Shown here piece by piece: positions 52,392 through 64,000 of a stretch of 64,000 nucleotides of DNA; position 1 is the first letter of the stretch, and each line of letters opens with the position of its first letter. The notes under the pieces were generated by a model. It worked only from the letters and a program-made list of their open reading frames with translations. It searched no databases and was not told the DNA's origin. Source of the DNA: Octopus vulgaris. Its lineage: Eukaryota. The stretch is from NCBI GenBank assembly GCA_951406725.2, contig OX597814.1, positions 32,736,001 to 32,800,000 of the forward strand, read 5' to 3'. A program made the translations under genes and the position numbers.

Positions 52392-53179
52392 TAAGGTTTA
52401 ACTGCAATATATGATATTCTTTCTCGCACATATTGCTTGCTGTATCATTATAAAATCTAGATAATGCTTTTCAGGTCGCGAAATGTTAAGTGACTCCGTC
52501 AGGGATCCCATAAAACAGATTTTACGTTCAAAAGTTTTCTCGAAGCTATCTCTCTTACGACTGCTCGTATAACATATTACTCAAGGTTGTTAAATTGTCG
52601 CACTTGTAAATATGCAAATATAAATAGTCATTAATAATATATCAGTAATAAAATCGTTTTTGAGTAAACTCTGAGCATGAATAATACAGATTGTATTTGC
52701 TACAGGAAAAAAACATTTTAAGGGTTATTTTAAATTCTAAAAGCATTCAAATGACAACTTTTCCACAGATATATAATTCACACACCAAATAGACTCACCA
52801 CACCTGAAGTGTATAGCTTCTATGAAAATAATCGATAAAAAGAAACTCGACTATTGACGTACTATTGACACACTATTGAAATTTAACAACACCAGAATTC
52901 AATCGTCAAGCATGTATGAACTGACTGTGTTACATATATAAGTCTCTATTGTATGGTATTTAGCATGCGAAAAGTATATCTGGTGCTTCCTTACAAGGAC
53001 ATCGTCGTTCTAGAAATCTATCCTTGCATGTGCTCTTCTCGTGGCTGTCAACATGCAACTCATCAAAAGACACTTAAACCGTATTGATCAAAATCCTTAC
53101 ACTAATCCAACAGAAAAGACATGCATGCATGCATGCATACATGCATACATACATACATACATACATACATGCATACATA

Positions 53180-53609
53180 GGCATAGGAGTGACTGTGTGG
53201 TAAGTAGTTTGCTTACAAACCACATGGTTCCAGGTTCAGTCCCACTGCGTGGCCCCTTGGGCAAGTGTCTTCTTCTATAGTCTCGGGCCGACCAAAGCCT
53301 TGTGAGTGGATTTGGTAGACGGAAACTCAAAGAAACTGAAAGAAGCTCGTCGTATACATGTATATATATAGATGTATGTGTGTGTATATGTTTGTGTGTC
53401 TGTGTTTATCCCCCCCCAACATCGTTTGAAAACCGATGTTGGTGTGTTTATGTCCCCATAACTTGGCGGTTCGGCAAAAGTGACCGATAGAATAAGTACT
53501 AGGCTCACAAATAATAAGTCCTGGGGTCGATTTGCTCGACTAAAGGCGGTACTCCAGTATGGCCACAGTCACATGAGTGAAACAAATAAAAGAGTAAAAG
53601 AGTAAAGAG
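53180..53609 (+). mobile_element. SINE family A, full length
   Basis: Colinear with 43701-44127; atacata on both flanks. Confidence 0.92.
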
Positions 53610-55289
53610 TATACATACATAGATGTACAATCACATTGGTGAAATCGAGGCAGCTGATTTTCATTTGCAGGATTTGGGTGGAGAAGGAACCCGTATTTGG
53701 GATAGAATGCTTACAAAGTACTCTACCGAAGTAACTCAAGCAAACAGTTGTTAATGTTAATGTCAACAATATGACAGAGCTATTACTATATACGCACCTT
53801 TTACTCTATTGTGGATATTTGAAGTCAAGTAGAAATAATTTGTTTCTCATATTTGCAGTGATCAGAACAGTGTATATTATATACCTCTGTGTTGATTCAT
53901 ACTTAATACACAAAACTTCGTTAAAGTTTGTTTTCATTCATCTATTTCCAGTTTCGGCTGCTCGGTTTAAAATTACATTCGAGCATGTGTTAACATAAAT
54001 TTCCAGCAGCTCTGCCGGTACACCACTTATCTTTATGCGTACACGCCTCATTTAATTTACTTATTTCATTATATTTTTAATATATTCAGCACAAGTTCAA
54101 AATTACCTTACTTTTTATAACAATATTTTATAATACTTTTTCCAAGCTTCTATATTATGTACGGCAAATGTACTTTAACTCCAAGTTTATATAATGTCTA
54201 TGATAATTAAGGACCCATTTGTCAAAAATTCTGAATAATTTGGGGAAGACGGGGAAGTTATCGTCAAGAAAGAAATAATAGCTATAATAAAGCTACATAT
54301 CACGTCTACTTTTATATTTACAGGAATCTTATATGAATTTTAAGCAAACAATCAACAGACAACTCAGGTGCCTATGAGGCCTCTTCAATATTTCCTTTCC
54401 TGCTAAACAGACTCTTTTGTAATCATTGTTCCATAATTTTTAAATCCTGCTGAAGTATATTTCATTTCGTATTATTATCATATGAATCATATATGATAAA
54501 TATGGCTGCCCATAAATTATAAACATCAAAAGAACTAAATATTTCTGTATTTATTTCTACCAGCTCTCATTGCTCGGAGCGATAAACTAAAAGTATTTAC
54601 TTTCAAAAACTATACATGATATATGTGAGAAGTTCTTGAATTAAATAATTATGTAGTGTCGGTTATAAGTTTATCTCTCTCTGACCAGTTGCCAACCTAA
54701 GGATAAATGGCTTTAGGCAACATAGTTTTCTTTGAAGAGTCTACTGTCATTCCAGCTATTTGCACAAACGCACAAGATTCAGTGCTTCCTGTCTGGAGGC
54801 TAAATTATTCAACAGTTCTTTCAGTTAAGAATCCCGATCAACCTCCGATTGCCTTGCATGCATTTTTTGTATCATATCTACTAGTACTAAACATCGAAAC
54901 TAATAACAATACTGAAGGAGACAACTGTAGGTGACAAATATGATGGATGAATAAACTTACAGTTATGTTGTGTATGATTGTTCTATCTGAAACATTCTTG
55001 GCTGAGTTTAAAAGAACATTTCCAGAAGAATTTTTTCAAGGGACTGAACACAAACAACTAAAGGAAAATTTTTAAAACAAACAAACATTTCTGGTTTTTT
55101 TTTTGGGGGTTTTTTTTTAAATTTCTAGGTCTGGTTCACGTTTCCAATTATTTCCAAGTACGATTTTGTAATGGTGTTACGGTCCAAACCCCGCGCATTA
55201 GGTGAAAATCCGCGAAGTAGAAACAATACTGTATTGTATATTTTTATTATTATTTTTATGACTGCGTAGTCGAATGATGAACCAGATTC

Positions 55290-55600
55290 TTTTCAAAACA
55301 CAGGAGCTAGCAGTACTCCACTACCCGAATATTCCAACAGATAGCCATCCATGCTTGTCATCAAATACTCAAAAGAATGAAAAATGGCCTAGGGAAGATA
55401 ATAAAGAAGTTCTCAATGCCTTCTATTATGACATATATATCCCCACAAATAAATCTAATACTGTACAAATCTACTTAAACTGGAGAAGAAACACCTTGAA
55501 CTAAGACCCTACATAGACAGTAACAAACTTGCCAACGTCAGTAGAAACATTATGAAAAAGAGGAGAAAGTGAACAGCCGATATTTGCTTTGAAGAGAGAG
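55290..55600 (+). mobile_element. Possible N-terminal fragment of an R4/Dong-type non-LTR element
   Basis: KWPREDNKEVLNAFYY...YLNWRR / LRPYIDSNKLANVSRNIMKK resembles the R4-clade N-terminal KWxxEE..YY...LAxxxRxI motif. By-eye only. Confidence 0.4.
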
Positions 55601-57134
55601 CAGAAAGTGAAAGGGGAGAAATTGGGAGATGTATGTACGTGTATATGAAATGGACGTGCGTGTGTGTGTGTTCGCAGACGTATGTGCGAGTGTTTGAGAG
55701 AGAAAGTGGAGGTGTGTGTTGTCGTATATATCTTTTTGCATGTATGTGTAAGTGGCACTCACCCTCTCTCGCTTACACACACGTACACACATACATTATC
55801 TTTCGTTTACACATACATAAATCATATGCAGGCATCATTTTTCTATATGTGTGCGTGTATGTGTGCATGTGAGAGAGAATATGAGCGACTGTATTTCTTC
55901 ATCATGGGTGTGTTGCAATAAAAAAAATTATTGTTTTTTTAATACAATATTTATGTGTACATTTTCATATTTGTGTGAGTAGAATTCTACCCATGCGTGG
56001 AACATCGAACGAAAGTGAAACACTGGAAGCAGATCGAAATATTGCCCGAAAATGACCCCCAAAACTGTGCGACCCGACCTTGTTTCTGAGTTTATTTTAG
56101 TAATAAAAAAAGTTGTTCCAAAAACACGGTTTATTTGGTAGCCTTTATATATATATAGACAGATGATAAGCAGCTTTCTTTATTATAGTGCTGATGTGGT
56201 TAATTCGGAGAAACATTTATTTTATTATTCACACGTCCTCAGTCTCGTAAATACAACACTTTGTAATTTTGGTTCAAATTGAAAGTGTGAAACTACTTTC
56301 ACAATCTAATTAAACCTGGTCATCGTAGAGCAGTGCCTTTCCATTAACTATAGCCGGTTGTGGAGGTAACGTAGAAAATAAAATATAAATAAAATTTATT
56401 TGGTAGCCGAAAGGTTACTGAATATTTTGACACTCCGTACGTCCAAATAGGCATAAGGAACATACGAGCGCCCCCCCACACACACACACAGACATGCGCA
56501 CACGCATACGCAAGTTTTCTTTTATATATATTTAGATTATTGAACGATCAGGTTCTATTCATAAAATAGTGTTTGGTTTAACAAGTATCTATATTCACGA
56601 AGTTACACCCCATGAGACTTGATGTCTGAAAATTGAAGTGAAATGAAGATTTGAATTAGTCAAACGTTATCAACAACAATTCAGATATGAAGATCTCCTT
56701 CATTAAATATAATTCCGACACCATATCACGGTAAATAAAATCCCCCAACTTCTACTATTGATACAGACTGTCACAAGCCTCCGCACATTTCCGACGTTAT
56801 TCTTATTACAGAATAGTCTTTTAATGAAATTTAGTAATAATTTGAATGCTAAGCAACCTTATCTTCTCAACTCAATGGCATTAATACTGGAGTTACATGT
56901 TTAAACCAAAATCAAATTGAATAGTAAAAGCAGACAGCTCTGTATGATATTCTTTAAATATATTTTCATATAATTCATATAAGTATATTGAATAACCTTA
57001 GTAGTTGCATGCTCTGGAATATTGGTGGATAGTAGAAGGGTTACAATGTAGAATAAAATGTTTTCTACTATTTAACTATGAACCTTTAAGATTTACTTTA
57101 CATTCGCCATATTAGTTGTTGTTACACACACACG

Positions 57135-57171
<37 letters not shown>

Positions 57172-57210
57172 GCACACACACACGCACACACGCACACACA
57201 CGCACGCACG

Positions 57211-57241
<31 letters not shown>

Positions 57242-57353
57242 ACATACACGTCCTTAGAATTGATGAAATATTTCTTAGTCATACACTGAAATTCATTTCG
57301 ATAAGACTACATATTAACCTCAGAAATCTGTTTCATGTGCCAATGTATGAAAT

Positions 57354-57584
57354 GGTGAGCTGGCAGAACCGTTAGCACGCTGGGCGAAATGCTTAGCGGT
57401 AGTTCGTCTGCCGCTACGATCTGAGTTCAAATTCCGCCGAGATCGACTTTGCCTTTCATCCTTTCGGGGTCGATTAAATAAGTACCACTAACGCACTGGG
57501 TTCGATGTGATCGACTTAATCCGTTTGTCTGTCCTTGTTTGTCCCCTCTATGTTTAGCCCCTTGTGGGCAATAAAGAAATAAGA
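57354..57584 (+). mobile_element. SINE family B, full length
   Basis: Near-identical to 6356-6582. Confidence 0.92.
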
Positions 57585-57779
57585 TATTTGTTTACTGAAT
57601 ATAGTGAGACAGCAATGGCCATATCAAAGGTCTTGTAGTTGTTAGTTATTATTCATTATAGTCTGATTTCATATTCAATTTCGTTCGATTTTCTTTTTAA
57701 ACACTCTTGGGCTGGTGATATTTAATGCTAGTCGTAATGTCCTGGCTTGTGTAAGTCACATATACGTGCTACCAAAGTT

Positions 57780-58131
57780 TGTGGTCATGTGCTAATGTCA
57801 TCCTTATTTACAGAGTCACTGTAGAGAGATGTTAAAATGACAGAACATTGGATTAAATGTGTTGCCGAGTGTAGGTGATCCGGCTCCATTTGAGCGCAAG
57901 AAGTTAAAGACCAAAACACTTGCATGAGTAGGGTTTATTCTCTGAAGACCTTCTGCTCTTCAGCTCATTGGAGGCTTTCTTACGACTAGAGAGTAAAAAT
58001 ACCACCGTGAACCGATTTTCATTTATCGAATTCGACAAAATAACCATTCTCTGCTTTATGGAAACCAACCATATGTTAGTGTTCCTCCAGTCGGCTACAT
58101 ACTTTGCCTGTAAATGTGTGAATTTGTTCAA
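57780..58131 (-). mobile_element. Possible old Penelope GIY-YIG fragment
   Basis: KYV...IKQR...NS...LSS...LK...KPYS..C and downstream VNKDDIST*P resemble the Neptune-type endonuclease C-terminus. Confidence 0.3.
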
Positions 58132-58528
58132 AAGTAACCAAAATATGTATCTAAGATCTGAATAGACAGTTAAAAATGGTGACGTAATAGAAAGTAGAAG
58201 GCAGAACCAGTGAAAGGCTAAAGAAAACGTCTGTTAGTATATATATATTTATGGTTTTTATGTAAGATTTAACTACCATAGGAGATGATGCTGCCATATA
58301 TTCCTTGTTCGATAAAATACATACAGGCAATATATTTCAAGTTAATTCAATAATATCAGTTCACCGATAAATCTGTGAGTTTATCCAAAAAGCGAAACGC
58401 TTTGTGGTATCTAGATATATCTCATTACGTTCTTGGTTCGTATCACGGTCGGTATAATCAATTAATTATACTTATGCATAATTTTGTAGGCTTGTAAGTA
58501 TATATTTAATCAGCAACAATAAAAATAC

Positions 58529-58616
<88 letters not shown>

Positions 58617-59838
58617 CACTTCCCGAGCGTTATACTGCTATATGTTTGTTGTGCACACCACCTGTCTTCCTCTTTTTTGTGTGAATTCTCCCTATATATA
58701 TATATATATGTACAATATCATATACAATATTATAGGGTTTGTAGTAATGTATTTGGTCAATTATGGAATAAAATTTCGAAACATTACAACATTAGTGTAA
58801 TCAGAATACCGTACGTTAAGGAAAAAAATGAAGTAAAAAATGAATATTAGGTCTCGCTAAGAAGTAAATGGTATGAAGACAACTGATGTTCTCTGCCTTT
58901 ATCTTTATGTGTTTTTCCAACAGAGGAATGATCTTTACTAAAACAGACTCACAATAAGAAATACGAAATATTCAGATGACAGGAAAAAAATATGATACAA
59001 GAGAACGTGAAACGATTTCTGAACTAAAGATTCTAAAAAAACGGTTAAAAAATAGCAATGAAAAGAGTAAAACATGTTTACCACTTGTAAAAAGTATACG
59101 CATAGACACTCCACTTACGCATACTTTCAAACACATTCACACACAGCACACATGTATACGTATACGCATTCATATGAGCATTAAATAAAACAGTACAATA
59201 TCGGATGTAATTAAAGCAATGGTTTTCCGAAAGAAACATAATACGTTTGTCTAAAGAACATAGCATTAAGATGTGAGCAACGTTTAGACAGTGAACTATA
59301 TCTAATTTGTTTATAGCAAAGAAATTGCTATTGTCATGTCAAACAATGACAATTTATGTATGTATGTATGTATGTATGTATGTATGTATGTATGTATGTA
59401 TGTATGTATGTATGTATGTATGTACGTATGTACGTATGTATGTATGCATGCATGTATGTATGTTTGTATAAAAGTATATGAATATGTGGTTACGTACGTA
59501 TAAGTAAATAATAGAGTCACAAACAGTTGCCGAATTCATGTGCAATTTTTTTCAAAAAATAAATAGTACAATATTCTCTCCTTGAATACAACCATTATCG
59601 AGTATATAGCAATTAGTTTATTATTCCCAAGATTCTATGAAGCATTTAATTCATATATGAGACATCAAGCGATATTCTAATTGCAAATGAAACAGTAATG
59701 TATACTGAAGAAATAGATCATTATATATTCTTTACGTCCTCAAAGTTTTGAGTTCAAACTCTACAACAGAGCATCGTATCATAATCATTCTCTGCATATC
59801 AGTTTCCTCTGAAGTTATCAAATGAATTAACTTTTAGA

Positions 59839-59876
<38 letters not shown>

Positions 59877-60182
59877 TTATATTATATTATATTATATTAT
59901 ATTATATTATATTATATTATTTTTATATATATATGTGTGTGTTTATGTACATATATATAGATATATTATATATATATATATATATATATAAGTGTATATA
60001 TATATATAATCACCCCATTTTGAATTATATGGATAATACCATACTAAATTCTGGTGCCTTTAACTTAAGTACCATATTCAACTAAACTAAATTTTACTGA
60101 ACTTATATATATATCATTACATATATTCATATACATACATATCTGTAAATGTACATATACACATACATGTGTATGTGTGTAT

Positions 60183-60340
60183 GTGAAGGCACGTAGGTTA
60201 GTAGTTCGTAAGGTCGTAAGTTCGATTCCTAGCGGTTTTTCCTCGAGCAAGACACTTTATTTCATGTTACACCAGCATATTTGGCTGTTCCGTTGATCGT
60301 ATCAACTAGAATACTCATCGTCGTAAGCGAAGTAGTACCA
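60183..60340 (+). mobile_element. Degenerate SINE with a family D-like head
   Basis: gtgaaggcacg..gttcgattcc..gagcaagacactttatttc (CORE-like), with a third type of tail. Confidence 0.6.
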
Positions 60341-60378
<38 letters not shown>

Positions 60379-60408
60379 TATACATATACATATACATATA
60401 TACGTTAT

Positions 60409-60780
60409 GCGTAGGTGAATGGATCTATAGTAAGAAGCTTGCTTACCAACTACATGGTTCCGGGTTCAGTCCGACTGCTTAGCACATTACGAAAATGTCA
60501 TGTACTATAGGCTCGAGCTGACTAGTGTGAGTGGCTTTGGTGGAGGGAAACTGAATATATATTTATGCGTGTGTGTCTTTGTGTCTGTGTTTATCACCCC
60601 ATCATCGTTTGACAACCGATGTTGGTGTGTTTATGTCCACGCAACTTAGTGGACATAATAGGCCTATAGAATAAGTACTAGGCTTACATGGAAAATAAGT
60701 CCTATGGTCGATTTCTTCAACTAAAACCATTCTAGCATGGTCAAAGTTAAATGACTGAATCATGTAAAAGAACAAAGGAA
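60409..60780 (+). mobile_element. Older SINE family A copy
   Basis: Diverged colinear match. Confidence 0.8.
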
Positions 60781-60802
60781 TATATATATATATATATATA
60801 TG

Positions 60803-61438
60803 TTATCTCTTGTATGGCTCAGATTCGTGGACACCCTATAGACAGCGTATTAACCAACTAGACATCTACAAAGGCTGCCTCAATACAATCTGCGGTTTTT
60901 CAGTAAAAGACAGACTTTCTAATGTCGATGTAATTAGCAAGTGTAAGATTGGTGGAATCAAGAACTTCCTTATGCAGTCGCAATTGCGCCGGACTGGCCA
61001 TGTCGTCAAAATGAATGACGAAAGAATGACCAAAGTTGTCATGTACAGCCAGCTTGATAGTGGGCACAGGAATGTTGGTCGACTATGATTCACATATAAG
61101 GACAAGCTGAAAACTAACCTCTCAGCAGTCAATATAGCTCACAACACCTTTGATAAAACAGTCATGGAGCGAAAAAATTGGAGATCGTCTTGTCAAAATA
61201 GTATAAGAAACTCTATTGCAACAAACATTAACAGTCTTAGGGGTGCAAGGCAAAGACGAAAAGCGGTTGCAAAAATACTGCGTTCACAGACCCGTAATCC
61301 TCATAATTACATTTATGGGCTTCATTGCAAATCGTTGGCGGTACTCAAATGTCACATTTGACATAGGCATTATGACTGACAAACAAAGAGTAGGTCGTCA
61401 GATCCTCATACGTCGAAACCGACTGGAGAGTCCATCAT
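60803..61438 (+). mobile_element. 5'-truncated RTE (BovB-like) LINE 3' end
   Basis: LYGSDSWT..CLNTICG..KDRLSNVDVI..QLRRTGHVVKMNDERMTKVVMYSQL..GHRNVGR..YKDKLK..RKNWR..CKSLAVLKCHI. Starts directly after (TA)n. Confidence 0.88.
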
Positions 61439-61440
61439 TC

Positions 61441-61680
61441 TATCTTTATTTTGTTTCAGTCTTTTAAAGGCGGCCATGCTGAAGCACAGATCTGAAGGGC
61501 TTTAGTCGAACAAGTTGACACGAGGACATTTTTAAAGCTAGTACTTATTCAAAGGTCTATGTCGCCGAACTGTTCAGTTACAGGGACATAAACACACCAA
61601 CACCGGTTGTCAAGCAATAGTGGGGAAAAACAAGACAGAAAGATACACACACACATAGATATATACATATATGTATGTGT
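61441..61680 (-). mobile_element. 3' half of an older SINE family A copy
   Basis: tgtttcagtc..gcggccatgctg..acacaccaacaccggttgtcaagc. Confidence 0.75.
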
Positions 61681-61685
61681 ATATG

Positions 61686-61728
<43 letters not shown>

Positions 61729-62999
61729 TTGTGTATGGTGTGTTATGAGAATTTTATGGAAATGTATCGCATATAACTTTACAAATATTTTTATGTGTTT
61801 CTTATATTCACAATGCACAATAACCTTATATTACTTAAATACTCATTACTTACATATTATTGTAATATTCTTTCCTCTCACTTTTTGCCAAGCTAGCTTA
61901 TTAACTCACAATTTTATTTATACCTAATCATAGTCAACCTACTAAATATCGACAATCATAATCTAAAATTTTTACTATAATTTTACTAGCTATATTATCT
62001 TCCCTACATTGTTAATTTTAGTTTTTACTACTTCTATTATAACTCTGAACGCTTTCTAAATATCTATAGCCACAGCAAGTATTTATTATCTTAATTCTGT
62101 AATATTAACAACTGATTTTCCTTTTTCTTTATATTTTCATTATATTTAATACACCCAAACGACTATAAGTTCTTACACTAACACAACTCTATTATATATG
62201 TAGATATTTAAGTGTTTCTACAACTAACTCTTGTTTTCGGTGCATTCTAGCAGTCTCCTATATAACTACATTCACTAGTTTGATTTCATTCCCATGCAAA
62301 AAATAAAGAGAAAAATTAAATAAACACCATACCTAATATTACTCATAACTGTCAAGTCATATCCTAATTCAAACACAGCTATGCCATTCCATTGCACACC
62401 TCTATAAAACTTTCCTATTATAAATGACTTATTTAGAGTTTGAATTACTGATCTACTTATTCTTCTATAGAAGGAAAGTCTCTTAAAACCGTTTTCACTC
62501 ATATTTCCAAATCGCCATTTTCTGCCCCAATTTTTCGTTTATACACAGCTAAAGTCACATTCTTTAGTATGCTCTCAGTTTTCATAGGGATAAATATGAA
62601 TATCCGAAAGTCTTCTGTAATAATAATTAATAATTAATTGCTTGCTTCTACTTCTTTCACTGAGGAGAACAGTGATATGTAATTAATTAATTTAACCAAA
62701 TTAATTTAATTATTCTACCATGAATTTACATAATAATATCGCTATTTCAAGCGATCGAATGCATGTATTAAAATACTTTCAAATTTCAACATCTTCTCAT
62801 CTCCATTTTTAACAAATGTGTTGAGCTGTATGGGATACCTTTCCATAAAATTCTCATAACACACCATCTACAAGTAATATTTTTTATATTCGCAAAACTT
62901 ACGCCAGTAAGCTACCAGCAAAATATTAAGAATCTTTGTTAGAAATCGCCTCTTTTTGAACCCTCTAAAGTGAAGGATGAAATATAATTCAACCTTTTC

Positions 63000-63035
<36 letters not shown>

Positions 63036-63084
63036 AAACAAGTCAAAAATAGAAAATGCTAAAATAATTTTATAGTGAACATTT

Positions 63085-63122
63085 CAGTACCGGTTTCGGT
63101 CATTTTGAGACCTTTTCAACTG
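63085..63122 (-). ncRNA. Minimal hammerhead ribozyme, U3/A8 core variant
   Basis: cag-TTGAAAA-ggtc-tcaaaat-gacc-GAAAC-cg-GTA-ctg: stems I, II and the palindromic III are all intact. Confidence 0.75.
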
Positions 63123-63706
63123 TAACGATTAAATAATTAAATTTAGAAAAATTAGAAGAAAAGTTTTTTTAAAGGAATATTTCTATAGTAGTGTTCAGAT
63201 ATAAGTGGCATTCTGCCTTTCTCTGACTCCCTTGTTTGCACTTGTGTGTTCGAGGTCGTTGTGAGTTCTTGGTAGGGTAGTAGAGGAAGAGGGCTGGTGA
63301 GGAAAGGGGGGTGGGAGAATCTGGGAGTGCCCTGATGGTCGTATTTTGAATGGTCAGTGGCGGCTGGCAGTCTCAGTTCAATTCAGGAGAATATTTATAT
63401 TGACAGGCTTGTTTATAGAATTAGCGTAGGTGTTATACTAAAAAACATTAGTGACAAAGTTAAGGGTTAGGGGGTGGAGGAGTAGTAGAAGAAGAAGAAG
63501 AAGAAGAAGAAGAAGAAGAAGAAGAAGGAGAAGGAGAAGATGACGATGATGGTGATGGTGGTGATGATTATGACGACGATGATGATGATAATGATGATGA
63601 TGAAGAAGAAGAAGAAGAAGAAGAAGAAGAAGGAGGAGAAGGAGAAGATGGTGGTGATGATGGTGGTGATGATGATGACGACGATGATGATGATAATGAT
63701 GATGAT

Positions 63707-63739
<33 letters not shown>

Positions 63740-63869
63740 AAAAACAGAGAAGGGAGAATATGAATGGGTGTAAATATAGCTATGAAGGGGCTGATTAGTA
63801 ATTGATTCTATGGAGTGTAATATTTGTGTGTGTATATATATTTTTCTTTTATTCTAAAGTTGAGGTATA

Positions 63870-63998
63870 TTAATTGTTTGTCGTAGACCCGTTAAGAAGT
63901 GGCTTGTATTTTGTAATAAAGAGATTTTCTTTACTTATTCGTTGTCTCGAGGTTGTATCGTCCCTAAATTGGTAGAGGGGGAAAATTCTGAAGTTTGG
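63870..63998 (-). CDS. C-terminal fragment of a Penelope GIY-YIG endonuclease
   Basis: Open frame PNFRIFPLYQFRDDTTSRQRISKENLFITKYKPLLNGSTTNN*, matching the R..KE..FI....P.LN GIY-YIG end. Truncated by the window edge. Confidence 0.72.
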   Translation of the reverse strand, partial: PNFRIFPLYQFRDDTTSRQRISKENLFITKYKPLLNGSTTNN

Positions 63999-64000
63999 TG

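Larger units (their letters stand above)
63031..64000 (-). mobile_element. Penelope-like retroelement 3' portion (family P4), continuing beyond the window
   Basis: GIY-YIG C-terminus at 63870-63998, a 3' region with a (GAA/GAT)n mosaic, a hammerhead at 63085-63122, and an end in (TA)n. Confidence 0.78.

Noticed and set aside
63537-63773. Poly-Met/poly-Lys ORF
   Set aside because: A duplicated (GAT)n/(GAA)n mosaic inside the Penelope 3' region.

Overview
AT-rich, microsatellite-saturated eukaryotic DNA. The repeat landscape resembles a coleoid cephalopod (octopus-like) genome; this is an inference from remembered SINE types, not a database match. I recognise no intact host protein-coding gene, and almost all ORFs in the supplied track are translated (TA)n/(CA)n/(GATA)n/(TACA)n arrays. 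The window holds: three families of tRNA-headed SINEs (about 20 copies); two Tx1-type non-LTR retrotransposon remnants, one inserted into a SINE head with a 16-bp TSD and carrying a 5S rRNA-like cassette, the other sitting in (TATC)n; remnants of RTE, CR1-like, R4-like and Ty3/Gypsy elements; three mariner relics and several MITEs; three non-autonomous Helitrons; a SWIM-finger (MULE-like) relic; and a 100-N gap. The most striking signal is about five unrelated families of Penelope-like terminal-repeat fragments embedded in (TA)n/(AAT)n. They carry minimal hammerhead ribozyme motifs and fold back on themselves, in two cases at the ribozyme stem III palindrome. One family links to a GIY-YIG-coding Penelope end at the right edge of the window. 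All alignments and translations were done by eye, so coordinates of degraded elements are approximate.
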